DNA from: Wallemia ichthyophaga EXF-994
Taxonomy: Eukaryota > Fungi > Basidiomycota
Assembly (NCBI RefSeq): GCF_000400465.1
Contig: NW_008806277.1
Span: forward strand, 20,001 to 268,000
Direction: 5' to 3'
DNA: 248,000 nucleotides
Part shown: positions 113,849-127,154 of the stretch, piece by piece
Layout: each line of letters opens with the position of its first letter
Numbering within the stretch: the first letter of the stretch is position 1
Translations under genes and position numbers: made by a program
Notes under the pieces: generated by a model
Databases searched by the model: none
The model's input: the letters and a program-made list of their open reading frames with translations, nothing else
Told to the model about the DNA's origin: nothing

Positions 113849-115576
113849 TCACCTGTCCGGCGCCCCTATCCTTCCATGCTGCTGTTCCGACAGCAGGTAA
113901 GACTCGCACTGGCTTTGTGAGCCAAGGGGATATCTCAGCTGCCACAGGAGAACCAATTGATTGATAGCCTGCATCTGAGGACCAGGTTTGAGTTGCAAGA
114001 GGGTAAGGATGCGTTTACCGTCTACCAGAGGTCTCGACTCAAGTTCATGTGGGAGTTGAAGCATGTCGAGAGCAGCCTGCGTAAAAGAATTGTATGTGCC
114101 AACAATGCTGGTGATTTCCCCAGCCTTCAAAGCGTCGTCTGTGCAACCACCTGCGTAAAACGGCTCTGCGAGTTCCTTAGTGAGAGCGAAAAGTAGAGAA
114201 GCATTCCAATGTGTGCCTTGTACCGGACGATGAATGTGACCACTCCGTAAAGCACACGCGACAGCTACCCTGTCGCTTTTATCCACACTCCGCACATCTC
114301 TCTCCAGCTGCGCGCACGCCTGCACAAGATTATCCACATGACTTCTCTCCGCATTGCCCAGTTTGAGCCCATTGCTGATGATGGACGCGGGTGCACTCAC
114401 CTCCTTCTTCTTCTCGCGCACTGCCTTGCCGAAATAGGGAAGGAGCGCAACTGCCATCCATAGACGGCGGGTGAGTGTGGCATCGTGGAGCACTGCGCTG
114501 AACTGCTCACTCACCGCTGTGCTCAGCCCAAGTGTGTGCGGCGCGTGCAGCAGAAGGTGCAGGATGTGTCCGCCAGCCACCGCATATGAGGCTGATGAGG
114601 ATCGCAGTGACTGTATATTTTCTTCTCTACCTTGCCTAACATCCTCCACACCCACACTCCACCCAAACACCACGTCGTGCATCTGCGTATGTGCCAGGTT
114701 CTCCAGTGCGCTGAGTGGGCGGGATGAATTAAGCATTTTATCCACCTCGATACCGATGCGCTCGCGCGAGACATTCTCACATACGCCTTTTCGAATATCG
114801 CCGTGTCTAGCGGCGAGTATAATCTCCTGATCGAGAGCAAAGCCGTAACGAGTAGCGAATCGGATGCAACGAAGAACGCGAAGGGGGTCGTCAGCGAAAG
114901 TGGTAGCGGGGTGCAAAGGCGTGCGTACGAGACCTCTCTCTAGATCTTGCACACCACGCCCAGTGTAATCCTCCACTTGTCGCGTATGGATGTTGTAAAA
115001 CAGCGCATTGATCGTGATGTCACGTCGTAACGCATCTTCCTCCGCCGTCCCCAGGTTCATCTGAGGGATACGACTGCCCGTTGCGTACGTCTCTGAGCGT
115101 AGATTGACGAAATCTACCTCGTACCCCAGGAATTTCATCCTCGCTGTTTCGAGATGTTTGCTTTGGTCGGGGTTAGCGTTTATGCGTGCTATGGATATCT
115201 TGGTGGGTTTTTCGGGCGTGCCACTATCGCTGATATCGTGCACAGCGTGTGCTTCGATATACTTTGCCAACGCCTCAGCGAATGGTAGCCCATTCATTGG
115301 GGTTATGGCCACATCTATGTCGTCGGACGGCTTTCCAAGCAGCTTGTCACGCACCCACCCACCAGCTATACGCAGCTCTAGCTGACGCAGTGCACTATCC
115401 GACGTTCGCAACTCCGCCGTACACCCATTCAACACCTCACATAACCTCTGCTCACTCCTCGTCAAATCTATCATTGTCTTTGGGTTGCTTGCAATTTTCG
115501 GATTTCTCGGTTTTAGCCGCCCTGCTGCCGTTCGAAGCCCGCGTATTATGATGGCGTGGTGGTATCGACTAGACAC
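113849..115576 (-). CDS. CCA1: tRNA nucleotidyltransferase (CCA-adding)
   Basis: GGWVRDKLLG..DIDVA, RRDITINALFY, DDPLRVLR. Confidence 0.92.
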   Translation of the reverse strand: MSSRYHHAIIIRGLRTAAGRLKPRNPKIASNPKTMIDLTRSEQRLCEVLNGCTAELRTSDSALRQLELRIAGGWVRDKLLGKPSDDIDVAITPMNGLPFAEALAKYIEAHAVHDISDSGTPEKPTKISIARINANPDQSKHLETARMKFLGYEVDFVNLRSETYATGSRIPQMNLGTAEEDALRRDITINALFYNIHTRQVEDYTGRGVQDLERGLVRTPLHPATTFADDPLRVLRCIRFATRYGFALDQEIILAARHGDIRKGVCENVSRERIGIEVDKMLNSSRPLSALENLAHTQMHDVVFGWSVGVEDVRQGREENIQSLRSSSASYAVAGGHILHLLLHAPHTLGLSTAVSEQFSAVLHDATLTRRLWMAVALLPYFGKAVREKKKEVSAPASIISNGLKLGNAERSHVDNLVQACAQLERDVRSVDKSDRVAVACALRSGHIHRPVQGTHWNASLLFALTKELAEPFYAGGCTDDALKAGEITSIVGTYNSFTQAALDMLQLPHELESRPLVDGKRILTLLQLKPGPQMQAINQLVLLWQLRYPLGSQSQCESYLLSEQQHGRIGAPDR

Positions 115577-115843
115577 AAAACACAGGACAAGTAAAAACTA
115601 TCAAATGTATTGCTTGTAACAATTTGTATGCAGAAATATTAAAGTTTTCCGTATTATTGATTATTGATTATCGGCTGGGTATCTTGTATCTTGTATCTTG
115701 ACGTGGTGTAGAGTAGTCTAGAGTTGTTTCGAGGGGGCAAAAAAGGAACGACGAGGAGAACGAAACTTAGAACGAGATCAAAGGAGTGTGGAACGAGATT
115801 AACATTTAAAAGAGGAGCAAAACGTGATCATTTTCCATCTCTT

Positions 115844-117506
115844 TCAAGGTGTCCAAATCTACAAAAACATCGTTAGTAAACGCTTCAATAATCCACATTG
115901 TACGCTTCACCCACCTTAATAGTCCCATCTGAGCTAGCAGAAGCGATCACATTCAGTGGTCGTATCACAGTGTGTTCTTCTTTTTCTTCTTCTCGCTGGT
116001 GAACACTACGCAAGACATCGCCACTACTCATCGAACGCATGGTTGGGGGAGGATGAGGCATGCTGAACCTCCGATTAAGATTGTTGTTGTTGTTTTTACC
116101 CAAACCCATGCTCTTGCTCACTCCAACTTCAGGCATCGCTTGTCTCCCCCAACTGAGAGTGTTGACGAAATTCCTGTGTGCAGCTTCGATAGTCCGCGTG
116201 CACCGGCCCGTTGCGAGATCCCATATCTTGATTGACTTGTCTTCTGAGCAGGAGAGTAAATGGGTTCCAACTGGGTGGAACACTATGCTCTTCACCCAAT
116301 TGTCATGTCCATTGAAGGTATACACACATTGGAACGACGAAGTATCCCACAGTTTGACAGACTTATCACGCGATGCTGTGGCTAAGTATCTGTTGCGAGA
116401 TTGTGATTGCGATTGTGAGTGGGTCTTGTTATTAGGTATCCCATTGGTGCTCGCACTTCCACTAGCACGGTTATCCCGATTACTACCAGTACCACTTTCG
116501 CCTATCAATTGGTGGATATTAGCAATTGAGGTGGTTGGGGCCCAAGCGACAGACTCGACGACATGCTCATGGCCTCTCAATTCGCTCACAGTGGTGCCTG
116601 TAGCGGTATCGACAACCATTGCAGTCTGATCAGAGGAAGCGGTAGCGAGCAAGCTCGAGTCATCCGACGGGAGCACGACTCTGATCCAATCAGAGTGAGG
116701 GTGTATAGAGCGAGTGCAGTAACCTGTATGCACATCCCAGAAGCGGATTGATTCATCTCTTCCACACGAAATGAGCGTGTTGGTGTTGCTATCACTGAGG
116801 AAGCGCACGCAGCTCACACTCTCGTCGTGGCCGTAGAGTGTCTTGGTATTGGAGTACTCGCCTAGCGCATCCCATAGCTTGATGGAGGTGTCTGAGGAGC
116901 AGCTGGCGAGGAGTGTGCCGGTAGCGTCGTAGTCTACGTCAAGCACTGCCTTTGTGTGCCCTTTAAGCGTACGCTCACACTCTCCCACATCCCAGTCCCA
117001 GATCTTCACTGAACAATCGTCTGAAGCCGACGCTAAGAGGACGAACTTTGGGTGGAAAGAGAGAGCAACAACGGCAGATCTGTGGCCTGAGAGGGTGTGC
117101 TTGGGGAGTGAAGGGAGGAAGTGGGCCGTATTGTGCCTCTTTGTGGCCATTGCAGGGGTAGAAAGTTCGCTGGAAAGCTGGGAATTCTTGGATTCAAGTT
117201 CCATGACCTGTAGGGAGGGAGTGAGGGGAGTACACGCCGCTAATCACGCTCAGCGCACCTTCCTCTGCAATCTAATCACCGAAGTCCACTTTTTCTCCAA
117301 TAAACCGGCGTATTTTGCAGTGGGATCGAGCTTAATATCGTCCAAGCCAGCATCCAGCCTTAAAGCGCGTGCACTGTCTTCGTATCCGCAAGACTGGAGA
117401 TAGTCGAGTAGAGATTTGTGGCTAGATTATAGATGAGCGAGCGAAAAAAGATATGGGAGATAGCCACGCACAGCTCGTCCCTTTGCCGATCAGATAGGGG
117501 TGACAT
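115844..117506 (-). CDS. PAC1: LIS1/NudF dynein regulator
   Basis: LisH N-terminus (LSDRQRDEL); WD repeats GHTKAV, GHDNWV. Confidence 0.88.
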
Positions 117507-117750
117507 CTCTCGAAATAAAATATCAGTGATGGTTGTTATGGTTTAGAGCGCGTCATCGGTGTTGGAGAGGCGTGAAGGGGGAATTGGAGGAGAAGGAGGA
117601 GATGTAGAGATGAGCAATATACGCCGAGGAAAATAAGCAAGTCGATTGGTGGAAAATTGATTAAAATTTGCTTGGAATGTTTAAAGGTGATTTTTAGTCT
117701 GTGCACACTGATTAGCGTCTTGAGTCACGACGACGAAGAGAGAGGAATCG

Positions 117751-118823
117751 ATGGCAGCAGCAACAGCGTCAGCGTCACCAGTGATAAACAATCTAAACCC
117801 AGGCCAGTATGTTGGATTCGATTCGTGGGTTTTGTATAAATCACAGGGACTATCTGACAGCACACAGCATTACCCGCCAAATCGAGACTAAACTTCTCAA
117901 GCGTGGTTTTCAATTTAATGTTATGGTCCGTAGAAGCCTCGGAATCAATCAAATCTCACTCACCCCGCTCTCAGGTCGTCGGCCAAACTGGTCTCGGAAA
118001 ATCCACTCTAGTAAACACGCTATTCGCATCACAGCTGATCGATTCAAAGGGACGCTTGAACCCCGACGAGCAATCACGCTCTACCACTGAAATTCAGACT
118101 GTCTCCCACGTTGTCCAGGAAAATGGCGTTCGACTCCGCTTAAACATCGTAGACACCCCTGGCTTCGGCGATCACGTAAACAATGATGGCTGCTGGGAAC
118201 CTATCGTCAAATATATCAAAGACCAGCACTCTGCTTACCTCCGTAAGGAACTCACTGCGATGCGTGACAAGTACATTGTAGACACCCGAGTACACGCTTG
118301 TGTCTACTTTATCAACCCCTCTGGCCATAGTTTACGCCCTATCGACGTTATTGTCATGAAAAAGTTGGCTGAAGTCGTCAACGTTATACCTGTCATCGCC
118401 AAATCTGACTCTTTAACCTTAACCGAGCGTGAAGCGTTCAAGTCGAGAATCGCTTCTGAATTGGCTTACCACCAGATTAAAATGTATCCTTTTGACGCCG
118501 AAGACGACGATAGAGACGAGAGAGACATCAACGAAGGTGTCCGCGAAACTCTCCCTTTCGCTATTATTGGCTCACAGAAGACTCTCAACGTTAACGGCAA
118601 TCAGGTTAGAGGGCGTAAAACGCGTTGGGGCGTGATTGATGTTGAGAATGAAGACCACTGCGAATTTGTTAAGCTTCGTAACTTCCTCACTAGAACTCAC
118701 CTACAAGATCTCATCGAAACTACTGCGCAAATCCACTACGAGGCTTTTAGATCGAAGCAGCTGCTCGCTCTCAAGAACCAGGCTAACACCCCGTCTAAGC
118801 CTCAAGAAACTGCTTCTCCATGA
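117751..118823 (+). CDS. CDC10: Septin Cdc10
   Basis: GQTGLGKST, DTPGFGD, IAKSDSLT; no C-terminal coiled coil. Confidence 0.85.
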
Positions 118824-118934
118824 GTATGTGTTTGATATACCCTGAAATGAGCCAATGAGCCACTTGATTGTGTTAAGATTTTCACTTGTCTTGTCTAATT
118901 CCTTTTACATATACAATGCTTGTTGAATTTAACC

Positions 118935-119892
118935 ATGATGAGTGTCTTTAGTAAGGGTGCAGGGAATGTGCTGTTTAAAATGGACAGTGATATGCTTCTC
119001 AGAGTGAGGATGGATAAGGATGGAGAAGGGTGTATCGATAGCGAGGAGGAGTACGACGATGTTATCAGGAAAATTTTACCGTGGCTCAATCCTGCGCAGT
119101 TTCTGAGTGTGGATAATGACCAGCTGAAAGCGCTGGATCCTGACAACGCATATCACCTCACAACCTCAGCCCAAGTCACTGAAAATCTTATCAAGGAGTA
119201 TGATTTGGTGGTGGAAATAAAGGTGGGTGGTTGATCATATGTTTTGGCATCAGTCAGCTCACTCTCAGTAGCCAAAATGGGCATCTCTTCCTAATCCACT
119301 CTCTGTGGGTCTGAGACACTCGCGTATGAAGCTCAAGTGTAGCTTCCAGAGCGAGCGCTTGTTCTCGGAAAGCAGGCAGGAGCAGCTGGAAGAGCTATCT
119401 GGATTGATAGATGGTGATAGTAAGTTTCTCACTGTGTTTTCTAAAGGCAGGAAAGTGAGAATGGATAGTGAGACAATAGCCGGTAGACTACAGGAAGCGC
119501 TCAACGATAGCGGCGTTATGCGGGCTATAAAGTACTACCAGCTATACAGCGATCCCTTGGATATACAGCACATCTACCCGCTGGTCAAAGATACCAACAC
119601 ATGCAACCCATCCACCTCGTTTTTACGTGGCGTCATTAACAAGATACCAAAGCACCCGGGACTTCCGACGTGGGGGGATTTGAAGGCTTTTGGGGGAAGT
119701 CTGAGTGGGGAGGAGCTGCTCTACCTCTATTCATTATCGATGACGTTGCGCGATGTGTCTGTGTTAGTGAGATTGTCGCCAGAGACACAGCCAAAGGTGA
119801 AGGTAGTAGACGCAGACTACAAATGTCTATCTAGAATACACAAGTGGTATGAAAGTGACTGTAAATTAAATAATTTTCACGCGACCGGATAA
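118935..119892 (+). CDS. IPK1: Inositol-pentakisphosphate 2-kinase
   Basis: GAGNVLF, VVEIK, SMTLRDVSV, VVDADYK. Confidence 0.75.
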
Positions 119893-119943
119893 CCGGGTGT
119901 ATGACGGTGCATCACCAGATTAGCCTCTCACTCGCACACCACT

Positions 119944-120806
119944 ATGAACGCACTAAACTCACTGAAAATCAACGCCAACGTTACAAACTCATTAGAGTTG
120001 TTGAAATACACTAATGGTAGAGATAAAGTGTATCGCACGGCGCAATACGCAGCACGTTTACTCGCGTGGTTCTACTCGCGCTACGGTATTCCACAGGGCA
120101 CATTCGCAGGTGTCAGTCTCGATGCCATCAAGGGTGTTTTGAGTACATCGAGGAAGCTGATGCGTCTCGGCAAGCCAGTTGAAACGCTCACAGCAGCACT
120201 CAAGACGCTCGACGGCACGAGCAACAACGACATAATCGCCAGATCGCTCTCCGTGATTAGGAACCTCAACTACACTATCTTCCTCTCTTTTGATGGGTTG
120301 ATTTGGTTACATTCTACTAAGATACGCTGCGTGCAGAAATCTACCAATGAGAGATTCATCAGAAACGCTTACACGTTCTGGGCACTCGGCTTACTCTCTG
120401 GTGTTCTCTCTGGCGCTTACAAGGAGCAGATGCTGTCGCGCACCCTCCTCAAGGCTCGTAGACAAGCTCTGAGCGATGAGAAAGATGGTAATGCTAACGT
120501 TGAAAGGGTCGTTAGGTGGGCTCTTTGCTGATTGGCGGACTTTATGCTCTTACTCACTACCTTTACAGCCAACGCGCTTCTTCACGCAAAGCCATGCTTG
120601 AAGATGCCCTCAATCTGCTCATTCCTGTTAAGGGTCTCGATCTGTTTAATATCAACGAAGGTTTCGTTGGCGCAGCAGGGTGAGTCGGAGTCTCTGGCGT
120701 ACTAATTGCTTACTTAACCAACCCCCTCAGCCTCGTTACTTCACTTATGGGCTTACAGTCCCAATGGCACTCTGCCAGCGCTAGTACGGTTACAGCTAGT
120801 AAGTAG
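119944..120806 (+). CDS. PEX11: Peroxin Pex11
   Basis: GRDKVYRTAQY, RKLMRLGKP. Confidence 0.88.
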
Positions 120807-121031
120807 AGCTGGAATGTGAATCTTAATGAGCATCTGTACAAATATCTGATTTCAATTTCAAACATTTATCATTCCAGCGTCATGTCCTTCTTCCACTACC
120901 GAATATACACAAATACAGTTTTAGATTAGAATAGGCCGAATGAGCATTATAAGTCTGGATAAATATTTTGAAGCAGCAGTATTACCTCCGCTATCACCCA
121001 GCATAATAGTGCAGTGTCTCGAGCAAGAGAA

Positions 121032-122357
121032 ATGGCTAGTGAGGATCGGCGAGGGGTTATTGAATGCATTTCTGGTAAAATTTCCTTGGTTGGAATAGCG
121101 GGGATTGCGCACTGTCTAATGCACAATTCATAACAGCTAGACTATATCTGCTGCAACCATCCCAATTTGGACGTTGGAGCAGTCTTGATGCACCTCACAG
121201 CACCCGCGCTGCTCGCTTGTCTGCTCGACAGTCTTGGTGTGTCTGAACTCAAATCCGAGGAGCGCAAGAAGAGGGCTTTGTACGCGTGAGTGGGCGAGAG
121301 TGACCTCAGCGTTGTCTCACCGTTCTCATTTTCATTGGGGCTATCTACCGCGAACTAAGCCACGATAAACTCGTCAAGTGGCTGCACGATGTGTATCACC
121401 CGCACATTCAACTCGCTGTGCATGACCCTAAGAGGTGCACCAGCCAGGTTATCTCACTCGACGACAGCGACAGCGAGAGTGGGAGTGATGAGAGCGAGGA
121501 GAACTGGGTGCAGGCTGTAGAGGCTTCTTTCGGCGACCTTTCCATGTGCGATACTGGGGAAACCACCATGTCCTCGCAGGATAACCCCTCCCCACCCACT
121601 AGTAGTACCACGAACACCACTAAAACCTCCCCAAACAACGATTTTGCACTTACAGATCTCGTTTCTACCCTATCGAACATTGTCAACCACTTTGAAAACG
121701 ACATGGAGGATCCCTACAAGAGCGAGCGGTATCATTTCCTCAGAATACTCAGAATAAAGGCGCAGGTGCACAACACAAAGAAGGTTGATCGACCAATGGC
121801 TGAATTAGGCCTAGACGTCGGTCACCATGAGCTGCAGTTCCACGAGGCTATCCAGAGCATGCCCAGCTTCCCCTCACACTACCCACCCCCACTTCCTTGG
121901 CTTTCTGATAAAGGAATCTTTGAGACACTCACACCGCGATGTTTATACCCGAGACAGCAATCCATATTCGACAATGAGAGATTGGAGTTTCTCGGCGACA
122001 CCGTTTTGGAGACCATAGTAGTGAGTTGGTTGGGTTGCTTGTGGATTGAGAGGATTCAGACTAAATTATCATCCCCAGACAGACGCGATATTCGACAAAT
122101 TCCCTAAATACCAGCCATGGGATCTCACCAAACTTAGACGAAAGCTGGTAACCAACAACTTTTTCAGCTTCTTCAGCGATCTTTATGGATTGTTTGATAA
122201 ACTACGCGGTTCTCGCACACTTCATCCCAAGAGAAAGGCTGATGTATTCGAAGCATATATCGGTGCGCTGTACAGGGAGTCCGGACACATTTATACCAAT
122301 AAGTGGCTCGTTGAGTTGCTCGAGCCTTTCATTTTCCAGTTTGCTGAGCAGATATGA
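121032..122357 (+). CDS. RNase III-domain protein
   Basis: NERLEFLGD, ADVFEAYIGA. Confidence 0.75.
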
Positions 122358-122490
122358 GACGGTACATTGTGCAGTGTTTATACCACCAAAATGAGATACC
122401 ACGATACGTTATAAAATTATCAATTCAAACATTCAAACTTTATAAATATATTCTAAAAGTACACATTGTCTGTCTATCCACATAGCTTGG

Positions 122491-123145
122491 CTAGTTGTTT
122501 TGCGACCATTTGTATTCACATTTCGTGCACGTATAAAAAACAGTAGATCTGCGCGTTGTTTTGTTAGTTGATTAAGTTGCTATGCGAGATTTCTCGATAG
122601 CTCGATCGATTGAATCCTAAACTGTGTATACGCACCCTTCGTCAGCCGAGCCTGGAGGAGTATTGTCAGTAAGGGATTTATGGGAGTGGAGGGAGTGTGG
122701 TGATTGTAGCTAGTGCTACACTACCCTCACAAAACTCACGCAGTTGTAAAGTTTGGAACGTAGCCTTGTCGTGTCCGCAGCTTGGACACTTCTCATCAAT
122801 CTAAAGGACTATTGTCAGCTAAATCTGTAGTATTGTGTCATTAGTCACCTCCGCTCCCGTCGCTTTCGCACCGTCTGCAAGCGTATTCACAACGAGCGAC
122901 TTCTTGAGGTGGAGTGCGGAGGGAAATGCGTTTGGATGTGAACGCGTTTCAATGTTCAAGTTTTCGTACGCTGCGTTTTGCAATCTGATTAGCCAGTATT
123001 CGTATACCCACTTAACTCCCAACACACCTGCACCATTCTCTACTAATCCACACTCTTCACAATTTATCTTGTCATCGTCCGCTGGCGGATTGAGAAGACT
123101 CCCACAACGCTCGCAGAATAATAAACTTCCGATCCTGTTGCTCAT
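122491..123145 (-). CDS. RPA12: RNA polymerase I subunit Rpa12
   Basis: FCERCGSLL and C-terminal zinc ribbon. Confidence 0.85.
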
Positions 123146-123248
123146 GTCTTCTCTTTTGGTTAGAGTGCAAGATAATCAAGGCATTTGAAATTGAAAATAT
123201 AATAAAATGTGCTTCTATACAATGTGCTATGTCATGAGGTAATTTATT

Positions 123249-124325
123249 TTACACTGATTGTTTTGCTTGATTCGTTTGGTTCGTTTGATTGTTACGAACC
123301 TGCTGGTCTGGCATCTTGAACATGGGGATCGTGCGTGTGTCGCTTGATACTTCTTGAGAAACGTGCTTGGCTTTGCTTCCAATGGCCATCTTGGCAGTGC
123401 CCTTTTCCAGCCCCTGCAGCAAGACACATGCCTTACACAGTTCGTTCGATGATATGTAACCACACCTCTGACACTTCTGTTGCTTAGGCAACGCATCCTG
123501 AACTACTTCTGATATCCGTATGTTCTCAGCAGAGTGAATAATGTCGATAATCGTAGATGGTCGCAGTGCTTCCAGGTCTTTGATATATGTTCTAGCAAAA
123601 CCTCGATACGCTTCTGGAGAATAGATACACTCTGTGGAGAAGTAGTCTAGTTTCTTGAAGTAAGCATACATGACAATTTCCTTCTCGTAAGTGTATTTGA
123701 ATGGTTTTGATCTGTTGATAGTGTCTTCTCCGCGAGTTGTTATCTCAACACACCTCCCCAGTCTGCTCACATCGCCTCTGAGGATGTTCATCAGTACTGT
123801 CTCTGCAACATCGTCCGCGTTGTGACCGGTGACGATGTGGCTGATGTTCAAACTCGATGCACCTCTATCGAGCGCCTGTCTACGGAACACGCCACAGAAA
123901 GTGCAGTTATTCTTCTTGCCTACTGCCTCCACTATACGATCCATAGTCCAGCCATAGAGCTCGTTGTAGCTGAGTATCTTGAGTGGCAATTGATACTGCT
124001 CCTTATTCCTCTTAACCGTTTCCAAACTATCGTCTCTATAGCCGGTAATACCTTCGTCAATCGATAGCAAGAAGAGCTCGAGGCCATAATCGTGTCTCTC
124101 GTTGAGTGTTTTCATAACATGCGCGAGTACTGTTGAGTCTTTTCCACCAGATGCTCCAATCGCTACGCGCTCTCCTCGTTTAAAAGTATTTGCATCGCTT
124201 ATCGTCTTGTGTATTTCCTCCTCAAACGCAAAGAAGAAGCATTCCTTGCAAACCTGCTGTCCAGTCTTTGGACGCTTAATCATTGCTCTGTTGTTGCTGC
124301 ATAGCTGACACGGCCTCGGTGGCAT
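123249..124325 (-). CDS. NCS6: tRNA 2-thiolation protein Ncs6/Ctu1
   Basis: [22 protein letters not shown]. Confidence 0.93.
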   Translation of the reverse strand: MPPRPCQLCSNNRAMIKRPKTGQQVCKECFFFAFEEEIHKTISDANTFKRGERVAIGASGGKDSTVLAHVMKTLNERHDYGLELFLLSIDEGITGYRDDSLETVKRNKEQYQLPLKILSYNELYGWTMDRIVEAVGKKNNCTFCGVFRRQALDRGASSLNISHIVTGHNADDVAETVLMNILRGDVSRLGRCVEITTRGEDTINRSKPFKYTYEKEIVMYAYFKKLDYFSTECIYSPEAYRGFARTYIKDLEALRPSTIIDIIHSAENIRISEVVQDALPKQQKCQRCGYISSNELCKACVLLQGLEKGTAKMAIGSKAKHVSQEVSSDTRTIPMFKMPDQQVRNNQTNQTNQAKQSV

Positions 124326-124388
124326 TTTTAGATATTTTAGTGATGGAAGTTCTGTTGCAACTCAACGGCGATCTGCAAATCAATTGGA

Positions 124389-125942
124389 ATGTTTCGCAGT
124401 CTAAACAGACTCAAACCTGCTTTAGAATTCCTTCCAAATAAGGTTGACTTTGAATTGCGCCCGCTTGGAAGGTACGCGCTATCTGTAGCTGCATAGCCTA
124501 TCTCACAATACCAGGCTCAACAAAGAAGCTGGGAGCAAGAGAGTTCCACACGTCACTCAGTCCGTTGGTTCCATGTTCGGGTCTGTCTCATCCTTCTCCT
124601 TTTCTCCCCGCTCTTCTCATTCTGTCGTTCCAGCGGAAATCACAGCTTGAAGTGGATATCTCAACCCCGCAATATCCTCCTCGTCAAGAAATCACACAGT
124701 GAAAGCTCCTCAAATGCAATGCATCACGTCATAAACCATATCAGGTCAAAATTTTCAGACACCAACATTATAGTAGAGGATGGCGTGAGCCGTGAGCTAG
124801 CAGCTGTGCATGGAATACACGGTCTATATACAGCCTCTCAAGCCAACGAATCTACCCTCCTCTCTAAAGTGGATTTTGCCATTACACTAGGAGGCGATGG
124901 CACAGCTTTGCACACCGCTTCCCTCTTTCCAACTGGCCCCGTGCCTCCTGTGCTTTCCTTTAGCACTGGCACTCTCGGTTTCCTGCTTCCCTTCCATGTG
125001 AACACATACAAAAGCGCGATCGACGATGTTTTCAACTCGACCGTTTCCGTTATAAAGCGCATGAGGCTTATGTGCACTCTTCACGACGCTTCCGGAAGGC
125101 TTATTGATGATTTGGATGGTTAGTGTTGCATAAAATATCGCCATTCTAACCCCACCCCGAAGTGTCGCATGTCCTCAACGAAGTGGCGCTCCATCGCGGG
125201 CGATATCCTCATCTAGTGCAGATTGAGATATACGTAGATGGGATGCCACTCACTGAAGCTGTAGCGGATGGCTTGATTGTCTCTACCCCCACTGGCTCAT
125301 CGGCCTACTCGGTGAGTTACGTGTGGTGTTTGAGTGATACAACTCACTCTCCCCAGCTATCTGCGGGTGGTCCACTAGTTCATCCCTGCGTACAGTCCAT
125401 TGTACTCACCCCTATTTGCCCACGAAGCCTCAGCTTCAGACCTGTCATTCTCCCGTCTGACTCGACAGTGCAGCTAAGGGTGAGTCAACGCCGATCCGGC
125501 TGCCATACTTGCTCACTGAATGTACAGATGTCCTCTAAAGCAAGAAGCAAACCGGATGTATCACTGGACGGACGCGAAGTGATGCAACTTGAAAACGACA
125601 ATTATATCCAAATAGCAATGTCGCCTTTCCGTAAGTGGGGTGTAGGATGTAGAATCGAGGTGAACAGGCTAACATGGCACAGCTCTCCCGTCAATCAATA
125701 GAGCTGCTCAGTACGATCCTGAGAGCAGAACCAGCACTCCTCGACTGCCTTCAGAAAAACAACTCGCGCAGAGCGCCTTGGACAGACTTGGGCGCGCACA
125801 GGATGACTGGGTTAGGGATATAAATGATCTTCTGAATGTGAGTAAGCCGCTTATTATCACGCTGCTGCTCACCTTTACTCAGTTCAACAGCCGCTTCGAA
125901 TCTAAAGGTCACGAAATCTATCACGGCGGGCAAGATGACTAA
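124389..125942 (+). CDS. POS5: NAD(H) kinase, mitochondrial type
   Basis: LGGDGT, NEV, DGLIVSTPTGSSAY. Confidence 0.8.
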
Positions 125943-127154
125943 AACTGAGCCAATGAGATGCTAGTTTCGTGAGTGTTGTATTTATATTAAAGTCTCACTT
126001 ATAATATCACGCGATTTTTATTCAAAAGCAGTCCCTGAGAACACTCTTTAATCATCATCACCACTTTTCGATGAAGCGGCTACAAAACCTATCACTGGAA
126101 ATTGATTCAATACTTTTCAGCTACCTCGATGGCTACGGATGTAACATGCTGCGCCTCCCCTGCCGCGCTCTAAACCAACAGGGTTTAAGGTCGACGAGAG
126201 CGACTGTGAAGTTACTTTCGAGGATTCTGGTCAATTTATAAGCCTATTAATCGACATCCCCACAACCCTCGGGCTGACTGATCGAGTAGTGTGCGTCATT
126301 AGCTGAATTACAAAAAGTCACTAAATGTGAATAATAGGTCAGCAAACGTCAAACAAGAATTGGAAACATTGGTAACCGTTGGAATCCACAAGGTTTTAGC
126401 GCATCTTCTAAACCTGCGAAGACTCAAAATAAAAGCCAATGGGAATAGAATCGTAAATGATGAAATAACCTTACACGGAGAATATCCCAAGCTGGAAATA
126501 TTATGATCCAAACGCGCACATTACGTGACAAAGTGTGCGTCTCCTTCCCCAGCCCTGAGTTGGATTTGCACTGATACTGGCCGCTGTGTGTAGCTGGTTC
126601 ACAATATCAGACCTAACTGTTGAAATAGCAAATAGTGAAAAAGGCTCACAAAAAGCCAAGTCACGCGAATTATGTAAACTATTCAGTTATCAACGGAACT
126701 ACAAGAAAAAAAAAAAGACATTTATGTGTTTGGGAATATTCAAAGTTCATATGGAGGACTTTTTGAGCGTTATTAAGAGGGTAAAACGCTGATGTATGAG
126801 AAGAGTCGAGACTGTACAAGTAATTTACAGATCCCTACAGAATAGACGAGTTCAAACTGCACACTCATCAAATTTCTCATAAATAGTACTACAAAGGTGT
126901 TATAAATCTTGATGAGGCTTATCGTACTGTTGCAAGTTATTATAAGAATGAATACGTTATGAAGGATAATCGATAGTGAGCGCTAATATGACTTTCTGAT
127001 TGAAATGGACAGGAACTGCAGTAATCGAGATACCACAATAAGCCCTAATGATATACAAGATTGCCTCGATTACTGTAAGACACTTGTATTTCAACCAAAA
127101 TTACAGTATACCTGCATAATAATAACAACAATTGATAAATTAAATCTATATTTT